From positions 1,102 through 65,101 of the forward strand of contig JBFXLE010000022.1 in NCBI GenBank assembly GCA_050173015.1: a DNA stretch of 64,000 nucleotides, given 5' to 3'. This DNA comes from Calditrichaceae bacterium. Its GTDB lineage: Bacteria; Calditrichota; Calditrichia; Calditrichales; JBFXGD01. The first letter of the stretch is position 1. Each line of letters opens with the position of its first letter. Shown here in pieces: positions 30,702 through 40,561 of this stretch. Below the pieces are notes generated by a model, which made no database searches, was not told where the DNA came from, and was given only the letters and a program-made list of their open reading frames with translations. Both the position numbers and the translations under genes were made by a program.

Positions 30702-32474
30702 ATGAAAATTAATGCAGTCTATTTGTCGGGATTCAAAAATTTCGAAAAGAATGTCAAGTTTGAATTTTATAATCACACTGACAATCAACATTTAAATATG
30801 GTGGGAGAAAGAAAGGAATCACTTTTTGAAGCGATGCTTGGGATTCTTTTCGGCTTTGATGAATCGGAAAAAAAATCATTTAAAAACAATCTATCCACTG
30901 AAATCTTCAGCGGACTGCTTGTTCTGAAATTCGACAAGAGGCTTTTTCATATTGAAAGAGATATAAACAATGACTCAGTATCATTTGTAATCAAAAACGA
31001 ACAAGATGTTAAAATTATTTTTCAGGGCAAGGATATACCATCCGAAACATCTGAACGTCCCTATCTGAAAGTTTTAAGTTCACTTTTTCCGATCACAGAC
31101 AAGCACTCAATCAAAAATATATGTTATGAATTTGATTCGGGAGATGATTCCAGATTAATTAATCTCCTGGAAGCATTTAACCTTCTTCTATCGCCGTGGT
31201 TAAAATTTGCAGGCACTAAAAAACTACTGCTTGACTCCTATGAACTCATACGATCGATCCCAAAAACAGATAATAAGGACTCCCTCCTGGTAAAAAAGTT
31301 TTTAAAAATCATGAGTTTTAAAGGCCGATTAACTCAACTGATAAAACTTGATACAACGCTCAATGAAATTACCGACGATATAAAAAAATTCCGGTTTATG
31401 TACGAATCATTTGACTCTCACCTTTCAGTATCGGGCAGAGCGGCAGAAATTCTTAAACAAAATTATCCGTTGCTTATTCAATTTGACGCGGTCAATCTGA
31501 AAGAATCGGTTCTTTCCTGGAAAGAATTACAAAAAGAAAAGCAGGTTCTGGAGAATGAACTTCATAAACTCAGACAAAAGAAGGCGGTTATTAACAGAAA
31601 CATAGATGATAAATTGTTGCTTTACAGAAATTTACCGCCAACATTTAAGGCGGATATTGATGAATTCAAAGAGTTGAATATTCAGTTGGAATTAAAAAAG
31701 AAACGCGTTTCGGGTATGAAAGTGGAAATGATCATCCTGAAAGCGGCTCTCAAGGAAAGGTACCGGCGAAAATGGTATCTCATCGTTGTCATCCCCGCGA
31801 TTTTTTTCTTCATTTTTTATTATCTGGTTAAACAAATGTGGATTTTTATCATTCCTGAGACGATCATTATAGCAGGTATAATAATATTTTATATAGGTCA
31901 TCTGAAAACAAAAATCAAAAAGCAGATAAAGTGGGTAAATGAAGAGGCGCAAAGGCTAGAAAAGGATATTCACGACACGGAATCTAAACTTATAAAACTG
32001 AAACAAAAATCCTTGCTGTTTGAAAATCCGGAGTATCTTGATACGCATATTGAACGTTACAGGAAATACAGACAGATGCTTGATCAGCTGAATTCACTGG
32101 AAATTCAGGAAAACAAGATACTGGAAATGCTTCAGGACGAAATGTATTTGAATCAAATCCCCGCATACCAAAAAAAGTATTCGACTTACATAGACATTAC
32201 CCGTCCTGATCTGGAAAAATATCTTGAAGATTTTATCGATTTACAGAACAAACAAGCTCACTCCGCGACTCCCGAAATTCCGTTAAAAGTCAAACAGGAA
32301 ATTCGTATTATCATAAGAAGCTACCTTAAGCTCCGCGCCGACCTCTTAAAAATGCGAACCACATACTTGAAAAGTTTACATATGATTTATGACCCTGATA
32401 AATGGCCAAAACTAATTACCAGGGTCGATGAAATCATAGAAAATCTGGAGAACCGGCTCTCTCCGGAAAAATAG
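30702..32474 (+). CDS. Hypothetical membrane-anchored coiled-coil protein with a degenerate SMC/RecF/YhaN-like N-terminal head
   Basis: The N-terminus MKINAVYLSGFKNFEKNVKFEF...LNMVGERKESLFEAMLGILFGF resembles the head of SMC-like ATPases, but the Walker A GxxxxGK[ST] is absent. Long K/E/L-rich heptad-like stretches. Two central TM helices (WYLIVVIPAIFFFIFYYLV, IIPETIIIAGIIIFYIG). No signature or Walker B motif at the C-terminus. Confidence 0.5.
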   Translation: MKINAVYLSGFKNFEKNVKFEFYNHTDNQHLNMVGERKESLFEAMLGILFGFDESEKKSFKNNLSTEIFSGLLVLKFDKRLFHIERDINNDSVSFVIKNEQDVKIIFQGKDIPSETSERPYLKVLSSLFPITDKHSIKNICYEFDSGDDSRLINLLEAFNLLLSPWLKFAGTKKLLLDSYELIRSIPKTDNKDSLLVKKFLKIMSFKGRLTQLIKLDTTLNEITDDIKKFRFMYESFDSHLSVSGRAAEILKQNYPLLIQFDAVNLKESVLSWKELQKEKQVLENELHKLRQKKAVINRNIDDKLLLYRNLPPTFKADIDEFKELNIQLELKKKRVSGMKVEMIILKAALKERYRRKWYLIVVIPAIFFFIFYYLVKQMWIFIIPETIIIAGIIIFYIGHLKTKIKKQIKWVNEEAQRLEKDIHDTESKLIKLKQKSLLFENPEYLDTHIERYRKYRQMLDQLNSLEIQENKILEMLQDEMYLNQIPAYQKKYSTYIDITRPDLEKYLEDFIDLQNKQAHSATPEIPLKVKQEIRIIIRSYLKLRADLLKMRTTYLKSLHMIYDPDKWPKLITRVDEIIENLENRLSPEK

Positions 32475-32548
32475 TGAGTCGGTCAGGTTTTATTTTATAT
32501 CGACTGGGCGGGATTGTTGATAATCAACCGTTATCCTTCAATGAAACT

Positions 32549-33919
32549 TTACTCATCATGCATCATTTCCAGGCTGATCTGGAATTTCTTAAGTTTTTCT
32601 TCCAGTAATTTCCGGCTGATTTGCACATCTTTCGCGACAAGATCAAGATCCCATTCATTTATATGAAGACGGTTTAATAAATATAATTTTTCAAATTCTC
32701 CCATGGCTTTCTGATATGAATCGCTGGAAATAACCACATCATTCGTCTTATCCATTTGTATGGCTGTTGCCGCGGTTCCGTAATCTATTACATTCGAATT
32801 ACTGAATAGGACCATTCTGAAGACTGCCGATTTTAATTGTCTTACATTTCCTTTCCAGGGCTGAATCTTAATCAATTCCAGGGCTTGATCGCTGAAGTGT
32901 GTAATATTTTTGCCATATTTTTCACAGCCGCGACGCAGATAAAATTCCGATAACAATGGAATATCCTCCACTCTCTTCCGAAGCGGTGGTATATTTATGG
33001 AAAAAGCATTCAATCTGTAAAAAAGGTCTTCCCTGAACTGTCCTGATTTTACTTCGTTAATCAAAATTTTATTTGTCGCGGCTATGATGCGCACTTTGGA
33101 ATGAATCGTCTCCGTACCCCCGACACGCTGGTACTCGCCATCGTTTAAAAATTTTAATAATTTCCCCTGCGCTTCCAATGGCAATTCAGCAACCTCATCA
33201 AGGAATAATGTCCCGTTGTTGGCCTCGGCGATCAATCCTTCTTTTCTCGCGGTCGCGCCCGTAAATGCCCCCTTCTCGTATCCAAATAGTACGGACTCGA
33301 CCAGTGTCATAGGAATGGAGGCGCAATTAACAGATACGAAGGAATGCGCTTCCCTAATGCTGTGATAATGAATGATTCTTGCCAGTAAATCCTTTCCCAC
33401 GCCGCTCTCACCCATCAGCAATACTTTCGTATCTGTGGGAGCGATGGTTTTGATATCCTGATATACTTTGTGTATTTCTTTGCTTTTGCCTATCAGTGTA
33501 AACTGCTTACTTAATTCCTTGAATAAAGCTTCGCTTAGCAGCGTAAGCTCATTCTTCTCAATCGCCCTGTTGATGGTCAATGTCAGACGATCGATGTCTA
33601 CCGGTTTTTCAAGAAAATCATAAGCCCCCATCTTTGTCGCGTCAACGGCAGTCCTTATTGTCGAAGCGCCGGAGACCATTATAACCGGTATGTTCGGTTT
33701 CACCTCCACAATTTTCTTGAGGATATCAAGCCCGTTTAGCTCCTGATTCAGCACAACATCCGCCAGAATTACATTCCATTCGTTAGTGATCGCTTCTTTC
33801 AATCCTTGCTCCGCATCCGTGTGATATTTCAATTCCATACCCCGAAGCGCGAGTGTCTTTTGCACCTGGATACAATATGCTTCATTGTCATCTATCAGTA
33901 AAACCTTTTTTATTTCCAT
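32549..33919 (-). CDS. Sigma-54-dependent response regulator (NtrC family)
   Basis: Receiver domain (LLIDDNE, ILADVVL), an AAA+ sigma-54 activator core (GESGVGKDLLARIIH, GAFTGA, ELPLEAQGKLLKFL, VRIIAATN, FREDLFYRL), and a C-terminal HTH region. Confidence 0.9.
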   Translation of the reverse strand: MEIKKVLLIDDNEAYCIQVQKTLALRGMELKYHTDAEQGLKEAITNEWNVILADVVLNQELNGLDILKKIVEVKPNIPVIMVSGASTIRTAVDATKMGAYDFLEKPVDIDRLTLTINRAIEKNELTLLSEALFKELSKQFTLIGKSKEIHKVYQDIKTIAPTDTKVLLMGESGVGKDLLARIIHYHSIREAHSFVSVNCASIPMTLVESVLFGYEKGAFTGATARKEGLIAEANNGTLFLDEVAELPLEAQGKLLKFLNDGEYQRVGGTETIHSKVRIIAATNKILINEVKSGQFREDLFYRLNAFSINIPPLRKRVEDIPLLSEFYLRRGCEKYGKNITHFSDQALELIKIQPWKGNVRQLKSAVFRMVLFSNSNVIDYGTAATAIQMDKTNDVVISSDSYQKAMGEFEKLYLLNRLHINEWDLDLVAKDVQISRKLLEEKLKKFQISLEMMHDE

Positions 33920-35022
33920 TCCATAATCTTTCCATTTTCAGTGTGAGAATTAATCTCAAAACTGAGTTTACTTCCTTTATTTTCAATCATTTCGAATATC
34001 AAATGTGACCCGTGTTTTTCTAACATCCTCATTGCGATAAGTAAATCCTTGTAAAAACCAATATTTTTATCCGATATTTTCGGAGTTATAACAGATTGCA
34101 AATCTTCGTTCTTTGTGTCTTGTATAGAAACAAGTAATTTTTGCAAATTCCGGGAGGGGAGATGTTTGATGGATATATGAATCTTTCCTTTTCCATCCAT
34201 GGACTTTATGCGATTTAAAACTATATTTTTTAACGCAAGTTCCATTTCCCTCTTATTTATATATACCGGAGGCAATTTTTCTTCTATTTCTCTGACTAAG
34301 GTGACGCCATTTAATATATCATCCGTGATTTGACTCAAAACCCTCTCCGCCAAATCCACGAAATCGCAGGCTGAGTAATTATTTTGAGTCGTATTTGACA
34401 TCATCGACAAAATGTTTGCAAATTTCTTTATATCCTCTATCGCATCCAGAGCAGGCTGAACATAATCTTCGATCTCGGCATTGACAGAGTCCGCCGCGCC
34501 ACCATTTTCATCACGGGAAAATTTAAGATTCTGCAAAGATATCATTGCCGTTGAAAGAGGTGACTTCAGATCATGAACTAATTTATGAATCACTTCAAAA
34601 TATATATCGTCAAATTTTGACTTCTGTAAGATCAGTTTGATCAGGAAACATCTTTTCATGATTCCCAATGTCACCGGCTGAATATTCACAAGGAAATTCA
34701 GCGTTTCTTTTCCATTGTATAAATTCCAGTATGTGGTATCAGGATGACCCGATGCGATGGATTCGTCTATGACTTTTGTCAATTCGATAAATTTATCCGA
34801 CTTGGAGATGTCTGATTTTGACATCTCGGGATTCAGAATGTCAAGAAAAGAATGATTAACCGCTAAAATTTTAAGATTATCTGAAATGCATAACGATGGT
34901 GAAAACTGGCTTAAGATCAGTTTTCTTGACATCATTCTCGGTACAATAAGAACAAAAATCAAAACGATTCCGGTAACTATGATAAATGAGATAAGTAAAT
35001 ATATTACCATCTTACATACCAA
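33910..35022 (-). CDS. Membrane sensor histidine-kinase-like protein with H-box but degenerate ATP-lid boxes
   Basis: N-terminal TM, H-box HDLKSPLSTAMISLQNL, and N-box-like ALKNIVLNRIK. No DxGxG (reads QDTKNED) and no GxGLGL (reads NIGFYKDLL). It overlaps the downstream regulator gene by 10 nt. Confidence 0.6.
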   Translation of the reverse strand: MVCKMVIYLLISFIIVTGIVLIFVLIVPRMMSRKLILSQFSPSLCISDNLKILAVNHSFLDILNPEMSKSDISKSDKFIELTKVIDESIASGHPDTTYWNLYNGKETLNFLVNIQPVTLGIMKRCFLIKLILQKSKFDDIYFEVIHKLVHDLKSPLSTAMISLQNLKFSRDENGGAADSVNAEIEDYVQPALDAIEDIKKFANILSMMSNTTQNNYSACDFVDLAERVLSQITDDILNGVTLVREIEEKLPPVYINKREMELALKNIVLNRIKSMDGKGKIHISIKHLPSRNLQKLLVSIQDTKNEDLQSVITPKISDKNIGFYKDLLIAMRMLEKHGSHLIFEMIENKGSKLSFEINSHTENGKIMEWK

Positions 35023-35402
35023 CCGAAGTTTGAAACAGTTATTCTACATATCATTCCTGATCCCAAAATCCTTTTTGAAATACAGATTATCCTTAATCAA
35101 TCCATTTGAACACAAATTCTTTTCAGATAAATATGACAATTATCAATAACCGGTTTGTCTCTCTGAAGCGTGTTAAATTCAGTTTGCCAAATACCTTGAA
35201 TTAATGTAAGTAAAACTAACCTATTTAGTCAAGCCTATTCAAAATTTTGTAACTAAATAACCTTATTTTTTATGACTGAAGTATTCCAATTTATATCAAA
35301 TATCATCATGGATGGATTTACTTTTTTTTGACATTTTATTGTAAGTAATATTTATAGTATTAAATTGTATTATTATCATATTATCAACGAGCTTGTCAGC
35401 TG

Positions 35403-36149
35403 ATGGATATATTGCACACTCTCTTGCTTTTTGGCGTTGGACTGATTGCCGGTTTTATGAATGTATTCGCCGGAGGAGGTTCCACTCTCACATTACCCGC
35501 GCTTATTTTCCTGGGACTTGATAGCGCATCGGCAAACGGGACCAACAGAATTGCTATCATCATTCAAAATATTTTTGCCATGTGGGGTTTTCAGCAGGAA
35601 AAAGTCAATCATCTTAAACAAAGCTTTCTTCTTGCGGTTTTCACACTTCCCGGGGCTGTTTTGGGAGCGATTTTAGCGATCAGAATCAGTGATTTATGGT
35701 TCCAAAGGATACTGGGTGTCATTATGATATTAATAATTGTCACCATGTTTTTCCCACAGTCCCGTAACGTACCAGAGTCCGGTATGGAGGAAAACAGAAA
35801 ATCCCTACTCATTTATCCCGCGCTCTTCGGCATAGGGTTCTATGGAGGATTTATACAGGTGGGTGTGGGGTTTTTATTGATGGCGGCATTGTATCATATT
35901 CTGAAAATCGGGCTTGTAAAAGTGAATGTGCATAAGGTGGCTATAGTTTTTTTATACACAATACCGGCGATTCTGGTATTTATTGCCACCGGAAATATAA
36001 ACTGGGAGCTTGGATTGTCTCTTGCCGCGGGCAACGGTGCCGGCGGATGGCTTGCTGCCCGGATTTCCGTAAAGGGCGGGGAAAAGATCATTCGTTATAT
36101 TTTGGCGCTGACCATTTTTATTATGGCCGTAAAACTATTCCGATTCTAG
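35403..36149 (+). CDS. TauE/SafE family (sulfite exporter-like) membrane permease
   Basis: 248 aa with about 7 TM helices. The motif FAGGGSTLTLPALIFLGL...ANGTNR is typical of TauE/SafE (DUF81). Confidence 0.8.
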   Translation: MDILHTLLLFGVGLIAGFMNVFAGGGSTLTLPALIFLGLDSASANGTNRIAIIIQNIFAMWGFQQEKVNHLKQSFLLAVFTLPGAVLGAILAIRISDLWFQRILGVIMILIIVTMFFPQSRNVPESGMEENRKSLLIYPALFGIGFYGGFIQVGVGFLLMAALYHILKIGLVKVNVHKVAIVFLYTIPAILVFIATGNINWELGLSLAAGNGAGGWLAARISVKGGEKIIRYILALTIFIMAVKLFRF

Positions 36150-36166
36150 CAGATATACAGCAGCTA

Positions 36167-37876
36167 TTAACAAACGGCCGGTTCGCTTCCCGCATAATCC
36201 GGGACATACACAGCTCTTTTGATTTTATTTGTCGGCGTTTTCAAAAACGGCTCCGTCTGTTCGATCACTTTTTGTATTCTAGATGCAGACGGAAGCTGCG
36301 CGTTTGTTTCTACTTTTACTTTCTCAAGAATATTCTCGATTTCATTTGCTATAATCGCCTGTTCTGTTTCTGAATTTTGCATAAAATTATAGTCAGGATA
36401 AATTCTGGCGGTTAATTTGTTGTTCAACATGTAAACAAGCGCTTCTTCAACATAATCGGATTCTTTTAATTTATTTTCGATCACTTCAGGATATATATTT
36501 TCTCCGGATGAACCGATAATTACATTCTTGGACCTTCCCTTGATAAAAAGAAATCCATCGTGATCCAGATATCCCCTGTCTCCCGTTATAAACCAGCCAT
36601 CCCCGGTGAACACCTTTTTTGTTTCCGCGTCATTTTTATAATAACCCTTCATAACATTCGGACCGGATACATAAATCTCACCGATTCCTGTCACAGGATC
36701 CGGATCAACAATTTTTATTTTAACGCCGGTTATGGCGTGGCCAACCGACTCTATTTTCGCGGTCGCCATCGAAGAAAACGTTACCAAAGGTGAACATTCA
36801 CTCAACCCGTATCCCGCGGCGTAAGGAATCCCTCCCGTTCTTAGAAAAATTTCCACCTCCCGATTCAAACTCGCGCCTCCGATAATCGCGCATTTCAGCC
36901 TTCCGCCAAATGCTTTTTTGATTTTTTTTCCGACTAATTTATAAACCAGTTTCCTGCCAAGGTTCGAGGCGGATAGCAATTTTAATACTTTTTTCTCTGT
37001 TATTACCGGAAGCACCTGTTTATGGTATATCTTTTCAAAAACAAGCGGTACCGCTCCGATAATATGCGGCCGTACTTTCTGCATAGCGTTCATTAGTACC
37101 TTTGGAGAAGGTTTCTGATTCAGATAGTAAATACTTGACCCGCAGTAAATAATCGATAAAAAGGCAGACGTGGAGCCAAACGCGTGAGCCATGGGAAGGA
37201 TTGTCAGGACAACACTTTTATCGTCTATCACTCCAAGAAGATCCGGTCCTTCAAACAAGTTGCTGACAAGATTTTTATGGGTAAGCATAACCCCCTTGGA
37301 CTGGCCTGTCGTCCCTGATGTATAGAGAATTTCAGCAAGATCGTTCTCATGGATTTCCGCTTTTTTATAATCGGGATCTTTTTCCAGGGATTTGATGATT
37401 TTTTTGGGTAGATTTTGTATATGCTCCCAGATATTCTTGTGTTCCTCCTTATCCGGCAAAGGCATAAAATCACTGAGACTAAGGACAACCTTCATTTTTG
37501 TGATTGATGGAATATCCATAGACTGGAATAGATATTCAGAAATAAATATCCCGGTGGCTTCAGAATGTTTAAGTATATTTTGGATATCAGCTTCCGGAAA
37601 TTCATCCATGACGGGAACAGCAACACAACCCAGAGTGGTGACCGCCATAAAAGCGATTGCCCAGTTTGGCGTGGAATTTCCGAGAATGACAATTTTATCA
37701 TTCTTTTTTAGCCCGATTTTGGTCAGATATAATTTTAATTGCTCAACTTTGTGCGCGAATTCAGCGTATGTAATCGGTTTTTCACCCACAAGCGCCAGTG
37801 ATGGCCTGTCTGAATATTTCTGAACGACTTTATCAAAAAACAGATCCAAAGTATACCGCGATAATCCAAATTTCAT
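36167..37876 (-). CDS. Long-chain fatty acid-CoA ligase (AMP-binding family)
   Basis: ILYTSGTTGQSKGVMLTHKNL (AMP-binding signature), GYGLSE, and WFITGDRGYLDHDGFLFIKGRSKNVI. Confidence 0.85.
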   Translation of the reverse strand: MKFGLSRYTLDLFFDKVVQKYSDRPSLALVGEKPITYAEFAHKVEQLKLYLTKIGLKKNDKIVILGNSTPNWAIAFMAVTTLGCVAVPVMDEFPEADIQNILKHSEATGIFISEYLFQSMDIPSITKMKVVLSLSDFMPLPDKEEHKNIWEHIQNLPKKIIKSLEKDPDYKKAEIHENDLAEILYTSGTTGQSKGVMLTHKNLVSNLFEGPDLLGVIDDKSVVLTILPMAHAFGSTSAFLSIIYCGSSIYYLNQKPSPKVLMNAMQKVRPHIIGAVPLVFEKIYHKQVLPVITEKKVLKLLSASNLGRKLVYKLVGKKIKKAFGGRLKCAIIGGASLNREVEIFLRTGGIPYAAGYGLSECSPLVTFSSMATAKIESVGHAITGVKIKIVDPDPVTGIGEIYVSGPNVMKGYYKNDAETKKVFTGDGWFITGDRGYLDHDGFLFIKGRSKNVIIGSSGENIYPEVIENKLKESDYVEEALVYMLNNKLTARIYPDYNFMQNSETEQAIIANEIENILEKVKVETNAQLPSASRIQKVIEQTEPFLKTPTNKIKRAVYVPDYAGSEPAVC

Positions 37877-37968
37877 TCCGAAAGTCCTTTACATTTTCTT
37901 AGGCGGCCGCGCTTAAGTTTCATTTCCTTAATCAAACCGTTTATTTTTAGATTCTTTGCTATCGCTGA

Positions 37969-38514
37969 TCATCGTATAGGATTAGACGCCTGAAAATCGG
38001 CCAGCAATTTTTGCAGATTCGGATTCGCCGATAACAGCCGGTATTCCAATAATTTTATTACCGTCAGAAAATCGCGCCATTCAGATATAAAGCTTTCCGG
38101 TCCGCTGAATATTTGCTTTGCTTCATGAAGAGTCGCTTTGAAATAATCAGAAAAGCTCATATTTTCAAGTTCGTCCGTCAGGGCGCTGATAATATGTAAA
38201 AATTTTTCTCCACCCAGCCACACTCCGCGACAATTCTGACAGTAGTCAATTTCGATACCGGTATCTCTGTAATCAATACTGACCAATTTGGAGCTGCAGA
38301 AAGGACATGACATTGGATTTTTCAGAATTTTAAATTTATCGGGATGTTTCCAAAGTTCAAAATCCATCCAGTTCAAATCCGGATCAACTTGTTCTCTTGC
38401 TATCCTTAGTTGTTCTTCTTCAAACCATGTCCCGTTGCATGAGGGACATTCCTTTATTTTGACGGAACCAACCATACATTCCTTCATCTTTTTTTTGCAT
38501 TCCGGACAATCCAT
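37969..38514 (-). CDS. Double zinc-ribbon (zf-TFIIB-like) domain protein
   Basis: Two CxxC...CxxC modules followed by W(F/L) and a Glu or Gly pair: CPECKKKM...CPSCNGTWFEEE and CPFCSSKL...CQNCRGVWLGGE. The ATG at 38514 (MDCPEC) is preferred. The ORF-track start at 38589 is a TTG codon. Confidence 0.55.
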   Translation of the reverse strand: MDCPECKKKMKECMVGSVKIKECPSCNGTWFEEEQLRIAREQVDPDLNWMDFELWKHPDKFKILKNPMSCPFCSSKLVSIDYRDTGIEIDYCQNCRGVWLGGEKFLHIISALTDELENMSFSDYFKATLHEAKQIFSGPESFISEWRDFLTVIKLLEYRLLSANPNLQKLLADFQASNPIR

Positions 38515-38788
38515 TTTATCTGCCTCACTTTTTGTGGATAAGTTTAATTTTGATTGAAACACTTTTAATATTAAAACTCTATTTTCCAAAAAAATGAACC
38601 GGACTCTTTTTCCTTTTGCTGGTTTGCCCGATCAGTCCGCCATATCTGGTCCCCGATTAAACCGGACTAATTGAATACGACCTTATTAATACTACAATAT
38701 AAATAAATTCAATTACAGAGAAAATTAAAAAATTTACATTGGTCCATGACAATCTGAACAAAAGAAGGAGTGTAAGAAACGGATAGAA

Positions 38789-40558
38789 TTAAATCGGAAG
38801 AGATATGGAGAATGTGCTTCCCTGTCCCGGCCGGCTGATTACGGTGATATTTCCCTTATGCAGATGCACAATATGTTTCGTAATGGCGAGTCCTAATCCG
38901 GTACCCCCCATTTTTCGGCTTCGGGCTTTATCAACTCTGTAAAATCGCTCAAAAATGCGCGCCAAATGCTCCTCAGCGATTCCGACGCCATCATCTTTGA
39001 CTTCAATGAGAAGAGTATCTTTATCGCGCCGGCATGTGATTTTCACCGCGCCATTCACCGAACTGTATTTGATCGCGTTATCGAGTAAATTGATCATCGC
39101 TTCCTCGATCAAAGCATCATTGATTCTCGCGCTTAAATCAGCAGGACAATCAGTTATAATCGAAATATTTTTAGTGAGGGCAGCCGGTTCACAAATCTGG
39201 ACGGCAGCTTCCAGGACATTCGACACTTTTTTCACTTCAAAAACAATTTTTTCTTTCTCTCCGTCGTTCTCGAGACGGGCGAGTGTCAGCAAGTCATCGA
39301 TTATGGAATTCAGCCGGTTTGTTTGCCTGGAGATGATCTCCAGAAACTTATCAGCTTTTTCGGGTTCATGAATCGCCCCATCGGCTAATGCTTCAACAAA
39401 CCCTTTGATAGAAGTAAGAGGAGTCCGGATTTCATGAGAGGCGTTCGCCACAAAATCTTTTCTGCCGTTTTCAAGCCTGCGCAATCGAGTAACATCATTC
39501 AATACAATTAACGCTCCAATCGTTTCGTTTTTTTCATTCTGCAGCGCTGTACCATGGACTTGCACTATAAAATCACCCTGATTATGAAGAATGATTTCCG
39601 CTTCCTGCATTTCATCCGATTCCAGCGTCCCGGTTACAATATTTTGTAATCCTGTATTTCTGAATAGTTCATGTATATCGCGCCCCCGAACATCTTTTGG
39701 ATCAATCCCAAGAATTTTGGCGGCGCCCTTGTTCATACTCATTACCCGTTCATTCCGGTCAACCGCAAAAACACCCTCCGCCATGCTCTGAAGGACGGCT
39801 TGCTGTTCATTGTTCTGGGTAATAATAGTTTTTATTTTTTCATCTAACTGCGCGGCCATTTTATTGAGTTCATCTGAGAGTTTGCTTAACTCAAGTGATT
39901 TCAGCGCGGGCAGCCTGAATTCGAGATTACCTTTCGAAAAATGTTCAACTCCCCTGGTCATTTCCTCCACCGGGGCGCTGATCCTCCTTGCCACCAAAAG
40001 ACTGATAAAAGCGGTAATTAAGGCGATTATTAATCCGGAAATAGCAATATTTTTCTGGATTTCTATAAGTGCGCTCTCTACAGAAGTTAAATGTTTCGAT
40101 GTTCTTACCAGGGCGATCGTCTGATCATCCTGTTTTACGGGAATGGCCACATACATCAGATTCGCGTCAATAGTGTAACTGAACCTTATCGATGATCCCG
40201 AATTACCGGCCAGCGCCTGTTTAATCTCCGGTCTGTCCATATGATTATCCATGATGGCCGGATCTTCATCAGAATCGGCGATCACTTTGCCATTTGGAAG
40301 TATTACCGTAATGCGGGTGCCCGTTTTCTTCCCAAGTTCTCTAACCGTTGAATCCAGCGCGCTTTTTTCTCTGAGATTCAATAGCGATCTAATCGTCGGT
40401 TCCAGCATCAGCGCCTCAGACTCTAAATCCAGGGAGCTCTGCTTAAAATAAAAATTTCGGGTGAGACCTGATGAATACCAGGTTACGGCTGCCAGTCCAA
40501 CGACCAATATCAATAAAAACGATGGGAAAATCTGCCACAGGAGTCTCTTCTTACGCAT
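38789..40558 (-). CDS. Sensor histidine kinase (periplasmic sensor, HAMP, PAS, HisKA, HATPase; PhoR-like)
   Basis: Two TM helices flank a ~150-aa loop. H-box ANASHEIRTPLTSIKG, N-box LLDNAIKYS, G1 DDGVGI, G2 GGTGLGLAI. Confidence 0.85.
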   Translation of the reverse strand: MRKKRLLWQIFPSFLLILVVGLAAVTWYSSGLTRNFYFKQSSLDLESEALMLEPTIRSLLNLREKSALDSTVRELGKKTGTRITVILPNGKVIADSDEDPAIMDNHMDRPEIKQALAGNSGSSIRFSYTIDANLMYVAIPVKQDDQTIALVRTSKHLTSVESALIEIQKNIAISGLIIALITAFISLLVARRISAPVEEMTRGVEHFSKGNLEFRLPALKSLELSKLSDELNKMAAQLDEKIKTIITQNNEQQAVLQSMAEGVFAVDRNERVMSMNKGAAKILGIDPKDVRGRDIHELFRNTGLQNIVTGTLESDEMQEAEIILHNQGDFIVQVHGTALQNEKNETIGALIVLNDVTRLRRLENGRKDFVANASHEIRTPLTSIKGFVEALADGAIHEPEKADKFLEIISRQTNRLNSIIDDLLTLARLENDGEKEKIVFEVKKVSNVLEAAVQICEPAALTKNISIITDCPADLSARINDALIEEAMINLLDNAIKYSSVNGAVKITCRRDKDTLLIEVKDDGVGIAEEHLARIFERFYRVDKARSRKMGGTGLGLAITKHIVHLHKGNITVISRPGQGSTFSISLPI

Positions 40559-40561
40559 TAT

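Noticed and set aside
38515-38589. ORF-track N-terminal extensions at 38515-38589, 42204-42236, 22693-22746, 27109-27126, 44006-44164 and 10320-10361
   Set aside because: Downstream ATGs fit better, for one of four reasons:
- they have Shine-Dalgarno-like sequences (GGAG before 42203; G-run before 44005)
- they form stop/start overlaps with the upstream gene (27108, 22692, 10319)
- they begin exactly at the conserved domain (38514)
- the longer version starts at a non-ATG codon (the start at 38589 is TTG)
38598-38671. CGGACT / AGTCCG / CGGACT triple that could form alternative hairpins (attenuator-like) between the PhoR-like kinase and the zinc-ribbon gene
   Set aside because: The stems are only 6 bp with loops of 22-28 nt, so the predicted stability is low. 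It is not convincing without conservation data.
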